Assembly: GCA_038247415.1 (NCBI GenBank)
Contig: JBBRUX010000037.1
Span: 1-39,972 of the forward strand
Length of the DNA stretch: 39,972 nucleotides
Direction of reading: 5' to 3'
DNA from: Chitinivibrionales bacterium
Lineage (GTDB): Bacteria > Fibrobacterota > Chitinivibrionia > Chitinivibrionales > WJKA01
A program made the translations under genes and the position numbers. This document shows positions 29,066 through 37,382 of this stretch, one piece after another. The notes beneath the pieces were generated by a model. The model was not told the origin of the DNA. It saw only the letters and a list, made by a program, of their open reading frames with translations, and ran no database searches. The stretch's first letter is position 1; each line of letters opens with the position of its first letter.

Positions 29066-29094
29066 ATTATAGTAATTATTACTATAAAACACAA
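29066..29094 (-). promoter_or_regulatory. sigma70 promoter with overlapping palindromic operator of the TA locus
   Basis: TTGTGT-17 nt-TATAAT on the minus strand; perfect inverted repeat TTATAGTAAT-T-ATTACTATAA at 29067-29087. Confidence 0.75.
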
Positions 29095-29442
29095 GTGATT
29101 TGACAGCGGATAATAAATGAAGAGATAGCCTTCTAAACATGCAGAAGACTGCCAGTAAACCTTATTTTAGATAACCAAAAATTGCGATTGCAAGAGGTAC
29201 TATGAGCACACCAATCTCCAGCATGGCTACTGCGCTACTATTTCCAAAGAAACTATAAGGTAACTGATCTAAAAAACACCGCAATAATTACAAATACCAT
29301 CAAAACACCCGCAATCGAGCTATTAATTACAAAGCGCTCAGAATGCCCCACTCCTTTTCAAGATTTAAATATTTTCCCCTTGCAATACATTATTTTTATG
29401 CACTGTCCCGAATAAATTTAACTAGGTACAAAAAAGCAGCAC

Positions 29443-30300
29443 ATGGAAAACACGCCAAACCCGCAGATTCTAGAAATCCCTATAGACAAACTCAAAGAAT
29501 CCCCTTATCAAGGCAGACTTCTTTCGATTAATGGGGAAAATACTGAGACAACAGAAGTGCTTTTAGCTGAGCTTGCTTCAAGCATTCAGCAATCTGGCCT
29601 TATGCAGCCTATTTCCGTTAGGAATTTAGGCGATAATTTTGAGATTATTGATGGCCATAGGCGTGTGGTTGCGTTTAAAAACCTTGGACGAACAACCATT
29701 CCTGCTATTCTTCACAATTGTGATGATCGGAATGCTCAGGTGCTCAGCATTGTGGGGAATTTGCAGCGTAAAAATCTCAAACCTTTGGAGCTTGCGCGTG
29801 CGTATCGGAAAGCACTTCTGAGTGGGCTCTTTCAAACTCAGCGCGAACTTTCGCTATCGCTCGGAAAAAACGAATCCTTTGTAGGCGAAATTCTCAATAC
29901 TTTGCGCATGGATTCACGCATTCTTAAAGATCTTGATGGGGATTCTGGTATATCTGATATCCGCATGCTGCGGGCTATACGACGTTCCGGGATCATTAAT
30001 GACCAAGGCATTTCCGATCTTCAATGGAAGCTCTACACCCGTGTTAAAGAGGAGGGGCTCTCTCGTGACGAGGTACTCAAAATGGCTAAAAAGCAGAAAC
30101 GCTCACCCCAAGGAAATTTTGCACTCGTAATCAAAAAGCGAAAAGTCACGGTAGAATTTCGAATCGATCCAACCACTGCTAATGCTAAAGAATTTGGCAG
30201 ATTTCTCGAAAACAAGCTTGGTAGTTTCATTGAGCAGTTTTCACTGAAAAAGGATGATTCCCCTGTTGAGGGAAAATTGCAGTGTGATCTCTTTGGCTAA
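29443..30300 (+). CDS. ParB/RepB/Spo0J family protein (orphan)
   Basis: ESPYQGR, ELASSIQQSGLMQPISVR, EIIDGHRRV arginine patch, NLQRKNLKPLELA, HTH TQRELSLSLGKNESFV. Confidence 0.88.
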   Translation: MENTPNPQILEIPIDKLKESPYQGRLLSINGENTETTEVLLAELASSIQQSGLMQPISVRNLGDNFEIIDGHRRVVAFKNLGRTTIPAILHNCDDRNAQVLSIVGNLQRKNLKPLELARAYRKALLSGLFQTQRELSLSLGKNESFVGEILNTLRMDSRILKDLDGDSGISDIRMLRAIRRSGIINDQGISDLQWKLYTRVKEEGLSRDEVLKMAKKQKRSPQGNFALVIKKRKVTVEFRIDPTTANAKEFGRFLENKLGSFIEQFSLKKDDSPVEGKLQCDLFG

Positions 30301-30563
30301 CCACCACTCCCCTTTTGGATACCTTATATATTGGTCCTGACCAAGCATGCGGATAAACGGTTATCCATATCTAAATTTTAAATACTTTTTACTAGACTAA
30401 TATATTTTTTACTCGTTTTTTTCTCGAAGAAATGCCCTATCCAAAAAAGCCTTCCTTAAAAAGGCTGTTGGATAGCTCAAAGCTTCTTTGAGGATCATAA
30501 AAAATATAATTTCGTTGGGGAGGCAACAAACCCCAATTTCAAACGATTCAATGGTAAAGAAAT

Positions 30564-30977
30564 CTAATCGGGTATTTCAATAAGCCTTTCATCGGTTTCT
30601 CCACCCATAATATGAATAAGCTTTGTGTGTGCAGGTAAAACCTCGGGAAACATATCGGCCCATTCGATAAGGGTGATACCATCGCCGGATATAAAATCTG
30701 CAAAACCTATTTCAATAAGCTCACGGGGATCGTTAAGTCTGTAAAAATCAAAGTGATAGATCGAAACAGACGGCGTTACATACGTATTGACAAGTGAAAA
30801 ACTAGGACTACGGACATTCATGGTGGGATCAAACGCCTCAACAAAACCTCGCACAAATTCGGTTTTTCCGGCGCCCAAATCACCAATAAGCCCATAGATT
30901 TCACCGGCAGTTGCCCTTTTTCCTAAGTCAATGCCATGAGCACGGGTTTGCGCAATTGATAATGATGTACGTTTCAT
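30564..30977 (-). CDS. tsaE: tRNA threonylcarbamoyladenosine biosynthesis ATPase TsaE
   Basis: GDLGAGKTEFVRG, VRSPSFSLVNTY, YHFDFYRL, LIEWAD. Confidence 0.95.
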   Translation of the reverse strand: MKRTSLSIAQTRAHGIDLGKRATAGEIYGLIGDLGAGKTEFVRGFVEAFDPTMNVRSPSFSLVNTYVTPSVSIYHFDFYRLNDPRELIEIGFADFISGDGITLIEWADMFPEVLPAHTKLIHIMGGETDERLIEIPD

Positions 30978-30982
30978 TGCCG

Positions 30983-32551
30983 TTACTTTGGTTCGAGTAT
31001 CGAGATGGGTAGAATAAGTTCTCCCATTGATATTCCACCACTTTGGAAACTGCTTTTATAAGTGCGCGAAAAATTTTCGAATTTATCGGGTGCAGAAAAA
31101 TAGTAATTCTCACGAGCAACAATAAGCGAGGTATCCTCAGACTCTGCAGGCAATCCGTACAGCAACGGATTAGTAACTTGTACTGCATGACGATCATCAC
31201 AGGTTATACGAGACCCAACCTTATATCGTTGACTATTAGTGAGGTCTTTTGTTCCATAGACCTCTGTCTTTCGAGAACATAAATTACAACCGTGATCGCT
31301 TGTGAGCACAACGGTACATTCTTGCTTAGCAAGACTTTTGAGCATCTGACGCAGCGTAGAATGCTCAAACCACGAACGCATAATAGATCTGAACGCGTTT
31401 TCATCGGGTGCCATTTCACGCAACAGATCAGTATCGGTACCTGTGCTGGCGAGGTGATCGATAACATCAACCACAATAGCTCCAGCTTTTTTACCAGAAA
31501 GGAGTTCTCCCGTTGCAAACGATGCTGGAATCTCAGTATTTTCGGAAGCATCCAAATAAAAAAATTCACTTTCGGGGTTAACGCCATACCCTCGCATTTT
31601 TTCAAGAAGGAGCTCTTTATGAAGTGACCGCACATCGCTGCCATTCAACACGATATTTGCAAAGAGCTCTGGTGATTTTTTAGACAACTCTAGAGGTGAA
31701 AGACCAGAAAAGAGTGAGGCCCGCGCATAGTTTGTTGACGAAGGAATAATTGACGTATAGTGATACCGTTCGATCATAAAATCGTTACGGAGAAACGATT
31801 CGAGCGCGCAATAATGATCTAGGCGCATGCTATTTATCACAACAAGCACTACAGTTTTATTGGCCTGGATACGAGGAGCAATAAAGCGATCGAGCACGCC
31901 ATACGATAAGAGCGGCGGATTTGCCATGCCACGCATCCAAAGACCGTAATTCTCGATCACAAACTCCGAAAAACGATGATCACAATCCGATTTCCAGCCT
32001 GCATGAGTTTGCCGTAAACCCTCATCGACAGTCTGATCAAGCTCAAAATCCCATTTTATTAAAGAATTGTAGAGTCCAACAAATCCTTTAAAATCTTTTA
32101 TTCCAGGAATAGCTAAACGGATTTGCGTATATTCGCGAGAGTATTTTTGCGCTATGTGGGTGGTAAGAATTTGTGCAGAATCCAAAATCCGTTTACATAC
32201 AGACAGTATTTGACTTGGGTTTACAGGTTTTGTAAGATAGCCATCGATTTTTTTACCCAAAGCATCATCCATGAGCTGCTCTTCTTCGCTTTTAGTAACC
32301 ATTACAACAGGTAAATCGGGTAACATATCCTTGATTTCTCCAAGCGTTGTAAGGCCATCCTTGCCTGGCATTTGTTCATCTAAAAGAACAATATCATATT
32401 CTTTCGGCTTCTCGCGTAGCAAAGCAAGTGCATCATCCCCACTAAATACAGGAATAACGCTATATCCACGCGTTTCCAAGAACAATATATGTGCCCGAAG
32501 GAATTCGATTTCATCATCAACCCACAACACTGTCTTACGAGATGAACTCAT
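30983..32551 (-). CDS. PorX-like response regulator (receiver plus PglZ/alkaline-phosphatase-fold domain)
   Basis: LWVDDEI, LLDEQMPG, VTKSEEE, YLTKPVNPSQIL; PglZ-like IPSSTNYARASLFSG, RSWFEHS, LTSDHG, GGISMGELILP; adjacent to tsaE. Confidence 0.88.
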   Translation of the reverse strand: MSSSRKTVLWVDDEIEFLRAHILFLETRGYSVIPVFSGDDALALLREKPKEYDIVLLDEQMPGKDGLTTLGEIKDMLPDLPVVMVTKSEEEQLMDDALGKKIDGYLTKPVNPSQILSVCKRILDSAQILTTHIAQKYSREYTQIRLAIPGIKDFKGFVGLYNSLIKWDFELDQTVDEGLRQTHAGWKSDCDHRFSEFVIENYGLWMRGMANPPLLSYGVLDRFIAPRIQANKTVVLVVINSMRLDHYCALESFLRNDFMIERYHYTSIIPSSTNYARASLFSGLSPLELSKKSPELFANIVLNGSDVRSLHKELLLEKMRGYGVNPESEFFYLDASENTEIPASFATGELLSGKKAGAIVVDVIDHLASTGTDTDLLREMAPDENAFRSIMRSWFEHSTLRQMLKSLAKQECTVVLTSDHGCNLCSRKTEVYGTKDLTNSQRYKVGSRITCDDRHAVQVTNPLLYGLPAESEDTSLIVARENYYFSAPDKFENFSRTYKSSFQSGGISMGELILPISILEPK

Positions 32552-33936
32552 GCTTGTGACCCTTTACCTGATGGAATTGGTGGCTTTACAGCTAACGGCT
32601 GACTTAAAGGAATATCGATTACAAACGTTGCGCCCTTATCTTTTTGAGACCAGGCAACATAAATGTGTCCATTGTGATAATCTTCAACAATACGTTTGGC
32701 AAGCGTTAAGCCAAGTCCCCAGCCGCGCTTTTTAGTGGTAAATCCTGGAGAAAAAACTTTTTTCTGATCTTCCCAGGCAATGCCTTTGCCGTTGTCTTTA
32801 CTGGTAATTCTTACAATTTTATCAACTTCAACATACTCTGTTTTAAAGTGAAGCAGCCCATCTGGCTTATTGATTGCATCCAATGAATTTTTAATGAGGT
32901 TTTCCAACACCCATCCAAGTAATTCACGATTAGCCGGAACCGAAGGAATTTCTCCAAGTTCGCGGGTAATGGTTACCTTGCGCGATAGAATTGGTAACCT
33001 TTTTGTAAAATATTCGATAGTATCATTAACAAGAGAGTTCAGATCGCAAATTGACAGTTTTGGAACCGAGCCAATCTGGCTAAAACGCGCTGTAACTTTT
33101 TGTAAACGACCTAGATCATTGTTCATGTTATTGCACACAACGGTAATCTGTGCAAGGGCTTCGGGAGTGTAGCCTGCGGTATCCTCGGCTGCACGTGCAT
33201 TTAAAAATTCGATCCACCCCATAAGCGAAGAAATAGGGGTGCCAAGCTGGTGCGCAGTTTCTTTTGCAAGCCCAACCCACAAGTTGCTTCTCTCTGTTGT
33301 TCGAATATTATGAAATGCGATATAGGCGAAAAGAATTACCGCCATCACAAGCCCGATTTCGATAAAGGGCATCCACGCTATTTCACTGATGTGCCCTGCA
33401 TTACCATACAAAAGATAGCCTGTTTTGATATTCGAATCATTTATATAAAGCACTTTGGGCTCGTATCCGCGTCGCAAACGAATAATTTCTTCGTTTAAAG
33501 CTTGTAGAGATTCTGCAGCGGTATCTTCGGGGAGAAGTTGACGGCGAGAAAAGAAATTTCCAACAGTAATGTTGCGCCATGAGAGCGGGCGCCACGCTGT
33601 GTCGGTAAGAATAACAGGGAAATTAAGATTATTAATAACCTGCGTAAAAATTACCGCAACTTCCTTGTCATTCATTTGCTCGGAGAGGACTGTTCGGGTT
33701 AATTCTGCGTAGCTTCTTGTTACAAGCTGAGAATCCTCTTTAATATGTCCTATAAGACTGCGCGTAAATAGGGCGTACCAGATTAGGCCCCCAAAACACA
33801 GCAAGAAGAAAAAATAATGCCCCGTAAATGGTCTGATGCGAGATAACACCGCATACAGACCAGGCGCATTGATAAAATTGACAATGCGCGTTTTTATCGT
33901 GGTGTAATCTCTTTGATGCCGTTTGTATAGGGCCAT
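32548..33936 (-). CDS. Membrane sensor histidine kinase
   Basis: Two TM segments, WVGLAKETAHQLGTPISSL H-box, ENLIKNSLDA, DNGKGI, FSPGFTTKKRGWGLGL; start codon uncertain (43-nt overlap with serS as drawn). Confidence 0.9.
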   Translation of the reverse strand: MALYKRHQRDYTTIKTRIVNFINAPGLYAVLSRIRPFTGHYFFFLLCFGGLIWYALFTRSLIGHIKEDSQLVTRSYAELTRTVLSEQMNDKEVAVIFTQVINNLNFPVILTDTAWRPLSWRNITVGNFFSRRQLLPEDTAAESLQALNEEIIRLRRGYEPKVLYINDSNIKTGYLLYGNAGHISEIAWMPFIEIGLVMAVILFAYIAFHNIRTTERSNLWVGLAKETAHQLGTPISSLMGWIEFLNARAAEDTAGYTPEALAQITVVCNNMNNDLGRLQKVTARFSQIGSVPKLSICDLNSLVNDTIEYFTKRLPILSRKVTITRELGEIPSVPANRELLGWVLENLIKNSLDAINKPDGLLHFKTEYVEVDKIVRITSKDNGKGIAWEDQKKVFSPGFTTKKRGWGLGLTLAKRIVEDYHNGHIYVAWSQKDKGATFVIDIPLSQPLAVKPPIPSGKGSQA

Positions 33937-35171
33937 AAAGCTTCCGGAATTTTAACGGTGCCTTCTTTAGTTTGATACGTCTCGAGAATTGCTACTAAAA
34001 TACGGGCTGTAGCCAAACCGCTTCCATTAAGTGTATGCACAAACTCTGGCTTTCCACCGAATTCTGGCTTGAAACGAATATTCATGCGACGAGATTGAAA
34101 ATCCTCGAAATTGCTGCACGATGAAACTTCAAGGTATTTACCTTCTGCAGGTGCCCACGCTTCAAGATCATAGCATTTTGCCGCAGAAAAAGATAGATCT
34201 CCATCGCAGAGCAAAAGTACCCGATACGGCAAACCCAGCGCCTTTAGAATTCCCTGGGCGTCGGCACGTAATGTTTCGAGCTCGGCATACGAATCTTTGG
34301 GTTTTGAAAATTTAACCAATTCAACTTTATTAAATTGATGCACGCGCAAAAAGCCCTTGGTATCTTTACCATACGATCCTGCCTCTCGACGAAAGCAAGC
34401 GCTATAGGCACAGTATTTAAGTGGTAACGCGTCGTTGTCGAGGAATTCATCGCGATGCAAATTGGTAACAGGAACCTCTGCTGTTGGGATACAAAAAAGA
34501 CCATCTTCTGGCACCGCGTACATTTGCTCGCGCGATTTAGGAATTTGCCCGGTTCCATACAAACTTGCTTCGTTGACTAAAAACGGAGGAAATATCTCCC
34601 GATAACCATTTTTTGTGGTGTGAGTATCGAGAAAAAAATTGATGAGTGCGCGATCCAGTAATGCGCCATGCCCTTTAAGTACCGGAAAACCTGCCCCCGA
34701 AATTTTGGCACCCCGGGAAAAATCGAGTATGTCAAGTTTTTCTCCCAGCTGTAAATGATCGAGTGGCTTGAAATCGAACTCGGGTAGTGTCCCCCATTGT
34801 TCCACAACCACATTATCTGCACTTGAGGTTCCTTTTGGAACGCTGCTATGCGGCAGATTAGGAACCTGAGCCATAAGATCTTCGAGCTGCACGTCTTTAG
34901 CCCCCAGTGCGCTATCAAGTTCCTTAATCGAGTCGGAAACGCCTTTCATTTCCCCTATAAGGCCCGCGGCATCCTTTTTTTCTTTTTTGAGCAATGCTAT
35001 TTCAGCGGATTTGGTATTGCGAATATTTTTAAGCTTCTCTACTTCAACAATAATAGATCGTCGTGCTTCATCCACTGCCAAAATAGCATCTACATCGGCT
35101 CGGTCTTTTTTAGCAGCACTGGCATTTTTTATTGCTTCGGGATTATCACGAATACGCTGAATATCAAGCAT
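33894..35171 (-). CDS. serS: Serine--tRNA ligase
   Basis: MLDIQRIRDNP, PTAEVP, FRREAGSYGKDTKG..RVHQFNKVE, EVSSCSN, HTLNGSGLA; start ATG 35171 with AAGGAG upstream. Confidence 0.97.
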   Translation of the reverse strand: MLDIQRIRDNPEAIKNASAAKKDRADVDAILAVDEARRSIIVEVEKLKNIRNTKSAEIALLKKEKKDAAGLIGEMKGVSDSIKELDSALGAKDVQLEDLMAQVPNLPHSSVPKGTSSADNVVVEQWGTLPEFDFKPLDHLQLGEKLDILDFSRGAKISGAGFPVLKGHGALLDRALINFFLDTHTTKNGYREIFPPFLVNEASLYGTGQIPKSREQMYAVPEDGLFCIPTAEVPVTNLHRDEFLDNDALPLKYCAYSACFRREAGSYGKDTKGFLRVHQFNKVELVKFSKPKDSYAELETLRADAQGILKALGLPYRVLLLCDGDLSFSAAKCYDLEAWAPAEGKYLEVSSCSNFEDFQSRRMNIRFKPEFGGKPEFVHTLNGSGLATARILVAILETYQTKEGTVKIPEALWPYTNGIKEITPR

Positions 35172-35290
35172 GATCAATAAACTCCTTGAAATGTTTGTCG
35201 ACTCGATGTATTTCTTCTGCATGAAATAGACATTATTGTACGCGCATACTAATATAAATTCGGTATACCCAATTTCCCCAGACTTTACCT

Positions 35291-36385
35291 ATGAAGACAT
35301 CTGTTATTCTTGAACAATACGCCGGATATTCTCCTCTTGGTACTATTTCTGAAACGTTAGCAGACCTTTTTGATAATACCAGCGCAATAATTACAGGCTC
35401 TCCTTTTGGAGCTGAAATTTCATATGCCCCCTTCGATGATATCCGCAAGTGTGATCCGCTACAACTGTTCACCTCGATTACTGCAGGAATTGACTTTACG
35501 GATATCGATCCTTCTCAAACGATCTGTATTTTTGGCGCTGCAAAGGGAATAGTTTTGGGCATTCAAAATGCTCAACACGATCCAAATTGGTCACCCGATT
35601 TGTTTATTCAGGCAGACAGACTCGTACAAACGCTCAAAATTCCCTGTTCTAGTTTACACGTTGTGAGTACCGCATGTGCCTCGGGCGCAAGCGCCCTCGA
35701 TTGCGCTGTTGAGTACTTACACAGCGGTTTTTTTAAACACGCAATCGTATTTGGCTTCGACCTTTTAAGCGCATTTGTGGTGTCTGGGTTTACAGCCCTT
35801 GGAGCACTTTCAAAATCAACCTGCAAACCGTTCGACGTGCTCCGAGACGGGCTTTCGGTAGGCGAATGCGGTGCCCTTGCGGTGCTTTCTTGTCGCAATC
35901 CCTTTGACGGCGATATTGTTATTGCAGGTTGCGGTAGCAGTAATGATGCAAACCATCGAACAGGACCTTCTCGCACGGGAGATGGTTTAAGTGCTGCAAT
36001 ACGTTTGGCATTGACTCGCGCACACATGCAGCCAAGCGACGTTGGTGCTATAAAATGTCATGGTACCGCAACCCCATATAACGATGCAATGGAAGCAAAA
36101 GCTCTCGCTACAATTTTTGAAGATTCAATCCCACCCTGCTTTGGTACCAAAGGAGCGCTTGGCCATATGAGCGGAGCAGGATCGCTCTTTGAAGTAATCA
36201 TTGGTGCACAATGCCTAGGAAGGGGCATTATCCCGCCAACGGTAGGTTTTTCTACCCTAGGTGTAGATGAACTTGTGCCAGTAGCTTCTCATACTCAAAA
36301 GTGTGAGCAAAGCTCAATGCTATGCCTCTCCGCCGGATTTGGTGGGATCAATACTGCTTGCCTTCTCATGGAGTATTCCCGATGA
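35291..36385 (+). CDS. Beta-ketoacyl-ACP synthase (KS), catalytic triad intact
   Basis: TACASG, CKPFD..RDGL..GE, DANHRTGP, CHGTAT..ND..E, KGALGH, GFGGIN. Confidence 0.9.
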   Translation: MKTSVILEQYAGYSPLGTISETLADLFDNTSAIITGSPFGAEISYAPFDDIRKCDPLQLFTSITAGIDFTDIDPSQTICIFGAAKGIVLGIQNAQHDPNWSPDLFIQADRLVQTLKIPCSSLHVVSTACASGASALDCAVEYLHSGFFKHAIVFGFDLLSAFVVSGFTALGALSKSTCKPFDVLRDGLSVGECGALAVLSCRNPFDGDIVIAGCGSSNDANHRTGPSRTGDGLSAAIRLALTRAHMQPSDVGAIKCHGTATPYNDAMEAKALATIFEDSIPPCFGTKGALGHMSGAGSLFEVIIGAQCLGRGIIPPTVGFSTLGVDELVPVASHTQKCEQSSMLCLSAGFGGINTACLLMEYSR

Positions 36386-37137
36386 AGCGACATACCTTTG
36401 GGATATGCGGATACGCTCTGGCAGCATCAACACAGATTGATACGCACGCATCCTCGATACTTTTTCCATTGTCAAACGACATACATTCTTTACAGAGAAG
36501 CCAGATTTTACCCGACCCTTATCCTGCATTTGGCAGATTGACAACATCTGAAAAATATATTGTAGCACTTGCGTCATGCGCATTGAAAACAACAATCGAC
36601 CGCGCTGCAACAGGTATATGTATCGGTAATGTTTACGGATCAATCAGTTCCGATAGAGACTACTGGAAAACGGTAACCAGTGGATTTCCTTCACCAGCTC
36701 TATTTCCCAGCACGTTACCATCTTCGCCTGCAGCAGAAACGGCAATTGCACTCAAATGCAAAGGCCCACTTCGGGTATTTTGTGGACCAAGCGCCGGATT
36801 TCATGCATTTCTTTCTTCGCTTGCGCTACTTTCGCAGGTGAATGAAACAATACTGCTTATCGAATATTCAAAAGATCCAGATTCCGCAGAGTTTGGATGG
36901 GGATCCGCACTGTGTCTCTCAAATAAGGCCAATTTTGCAGGTGATTTCTTGCAGATAGATTCCGAGACAGAAGTCGACAGTTTAGCACCAGGCGCCTCTG
37001 ATGATAAATTATATTTATATACTTTGGTTCATGCCCTTAAGAACCATACGTTATTTCAAAAGCGGAGCAGAGTCGGCCTCAAAACTATCACTGTATCACT
37101 TCAGTATAAGGAATTCGAACATGGAACAGCTCATTGA
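36382..37137 (+). CDS. KS N-terminal-like protein (chain-length-factor-like, no catalytic motifs)
   Basis: FGRLTT..K, GSISSDRDY, FPSPALFPSTLPSSPAAETAI..KCKGP; ATGA overlap with the upstream KS. Confidence 0.75.
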   Translation: MKRHTFGICGYALAASTQIDTHASSILFPLSNDIHSLQRSQILPDPYPAFGRLTTSEKYIVALASCALKTTIDRAATGICIGNVYGSISSDRDYWKTVTSGFPSPALFPSTLPSSPAAETAIALKCKGPLRVFCGPSAGFHAFLSSLALLSQVNETILLIEYSKDPDSAEFGWGSALCLSNKANFAGDFLQIDSETEVDSLAPGASDDKLYLYTLVHALKNHTLFQKRSRVGLKTITVSLQYKEFEHGTAH

Positions 37138-37378
37138 GAATCTTAAAAAACAAATTGTTGAAACACTCAAATTAGCGGATATAGATCCAGCCAGCATTCA
37201 AACCGATGCTCCCCTTATTGGCGCTGGTCTTGGCCTCGATTCCATCGACACACTGGAACTTCTTGTTTTGCTGGAAAAAGAATATGGAATTACCATTCCT
37301 GATGTGAATGTTGGTCGTTCGGTATTTGCCTCAGTTCGCTCTCTCGCCGAATTCATAACCTCACAAAAAAAGATCTAG
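37121..37378 (+). CDS. Acyl carrier protein (aryl polyene/flexirubin type)
   Basis: MEQLIENLKKQIVETL, DAPLIGAGLGLDSIDTLEL phosphopantetheine site; AAGGA upstream of ATG 37121. Confidence 0.92.
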   Translation: MEQLIENLKKQIVETLKLADIDPASIQTDAPLIGAGLGLDSIDTLELLVLLEKEYGITIPDVNVGRSVFASVRSLAEFITSQKKI

Positions 37379-37382
37379 GTTC

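Noticed and set aside
30983..32551. PglZ domain as a sign of a BREX defence system
   Set aside because: It is fused to a receiver domain next to tsaE (PorX architecture) and no brxC, pglX or brxL genes are present
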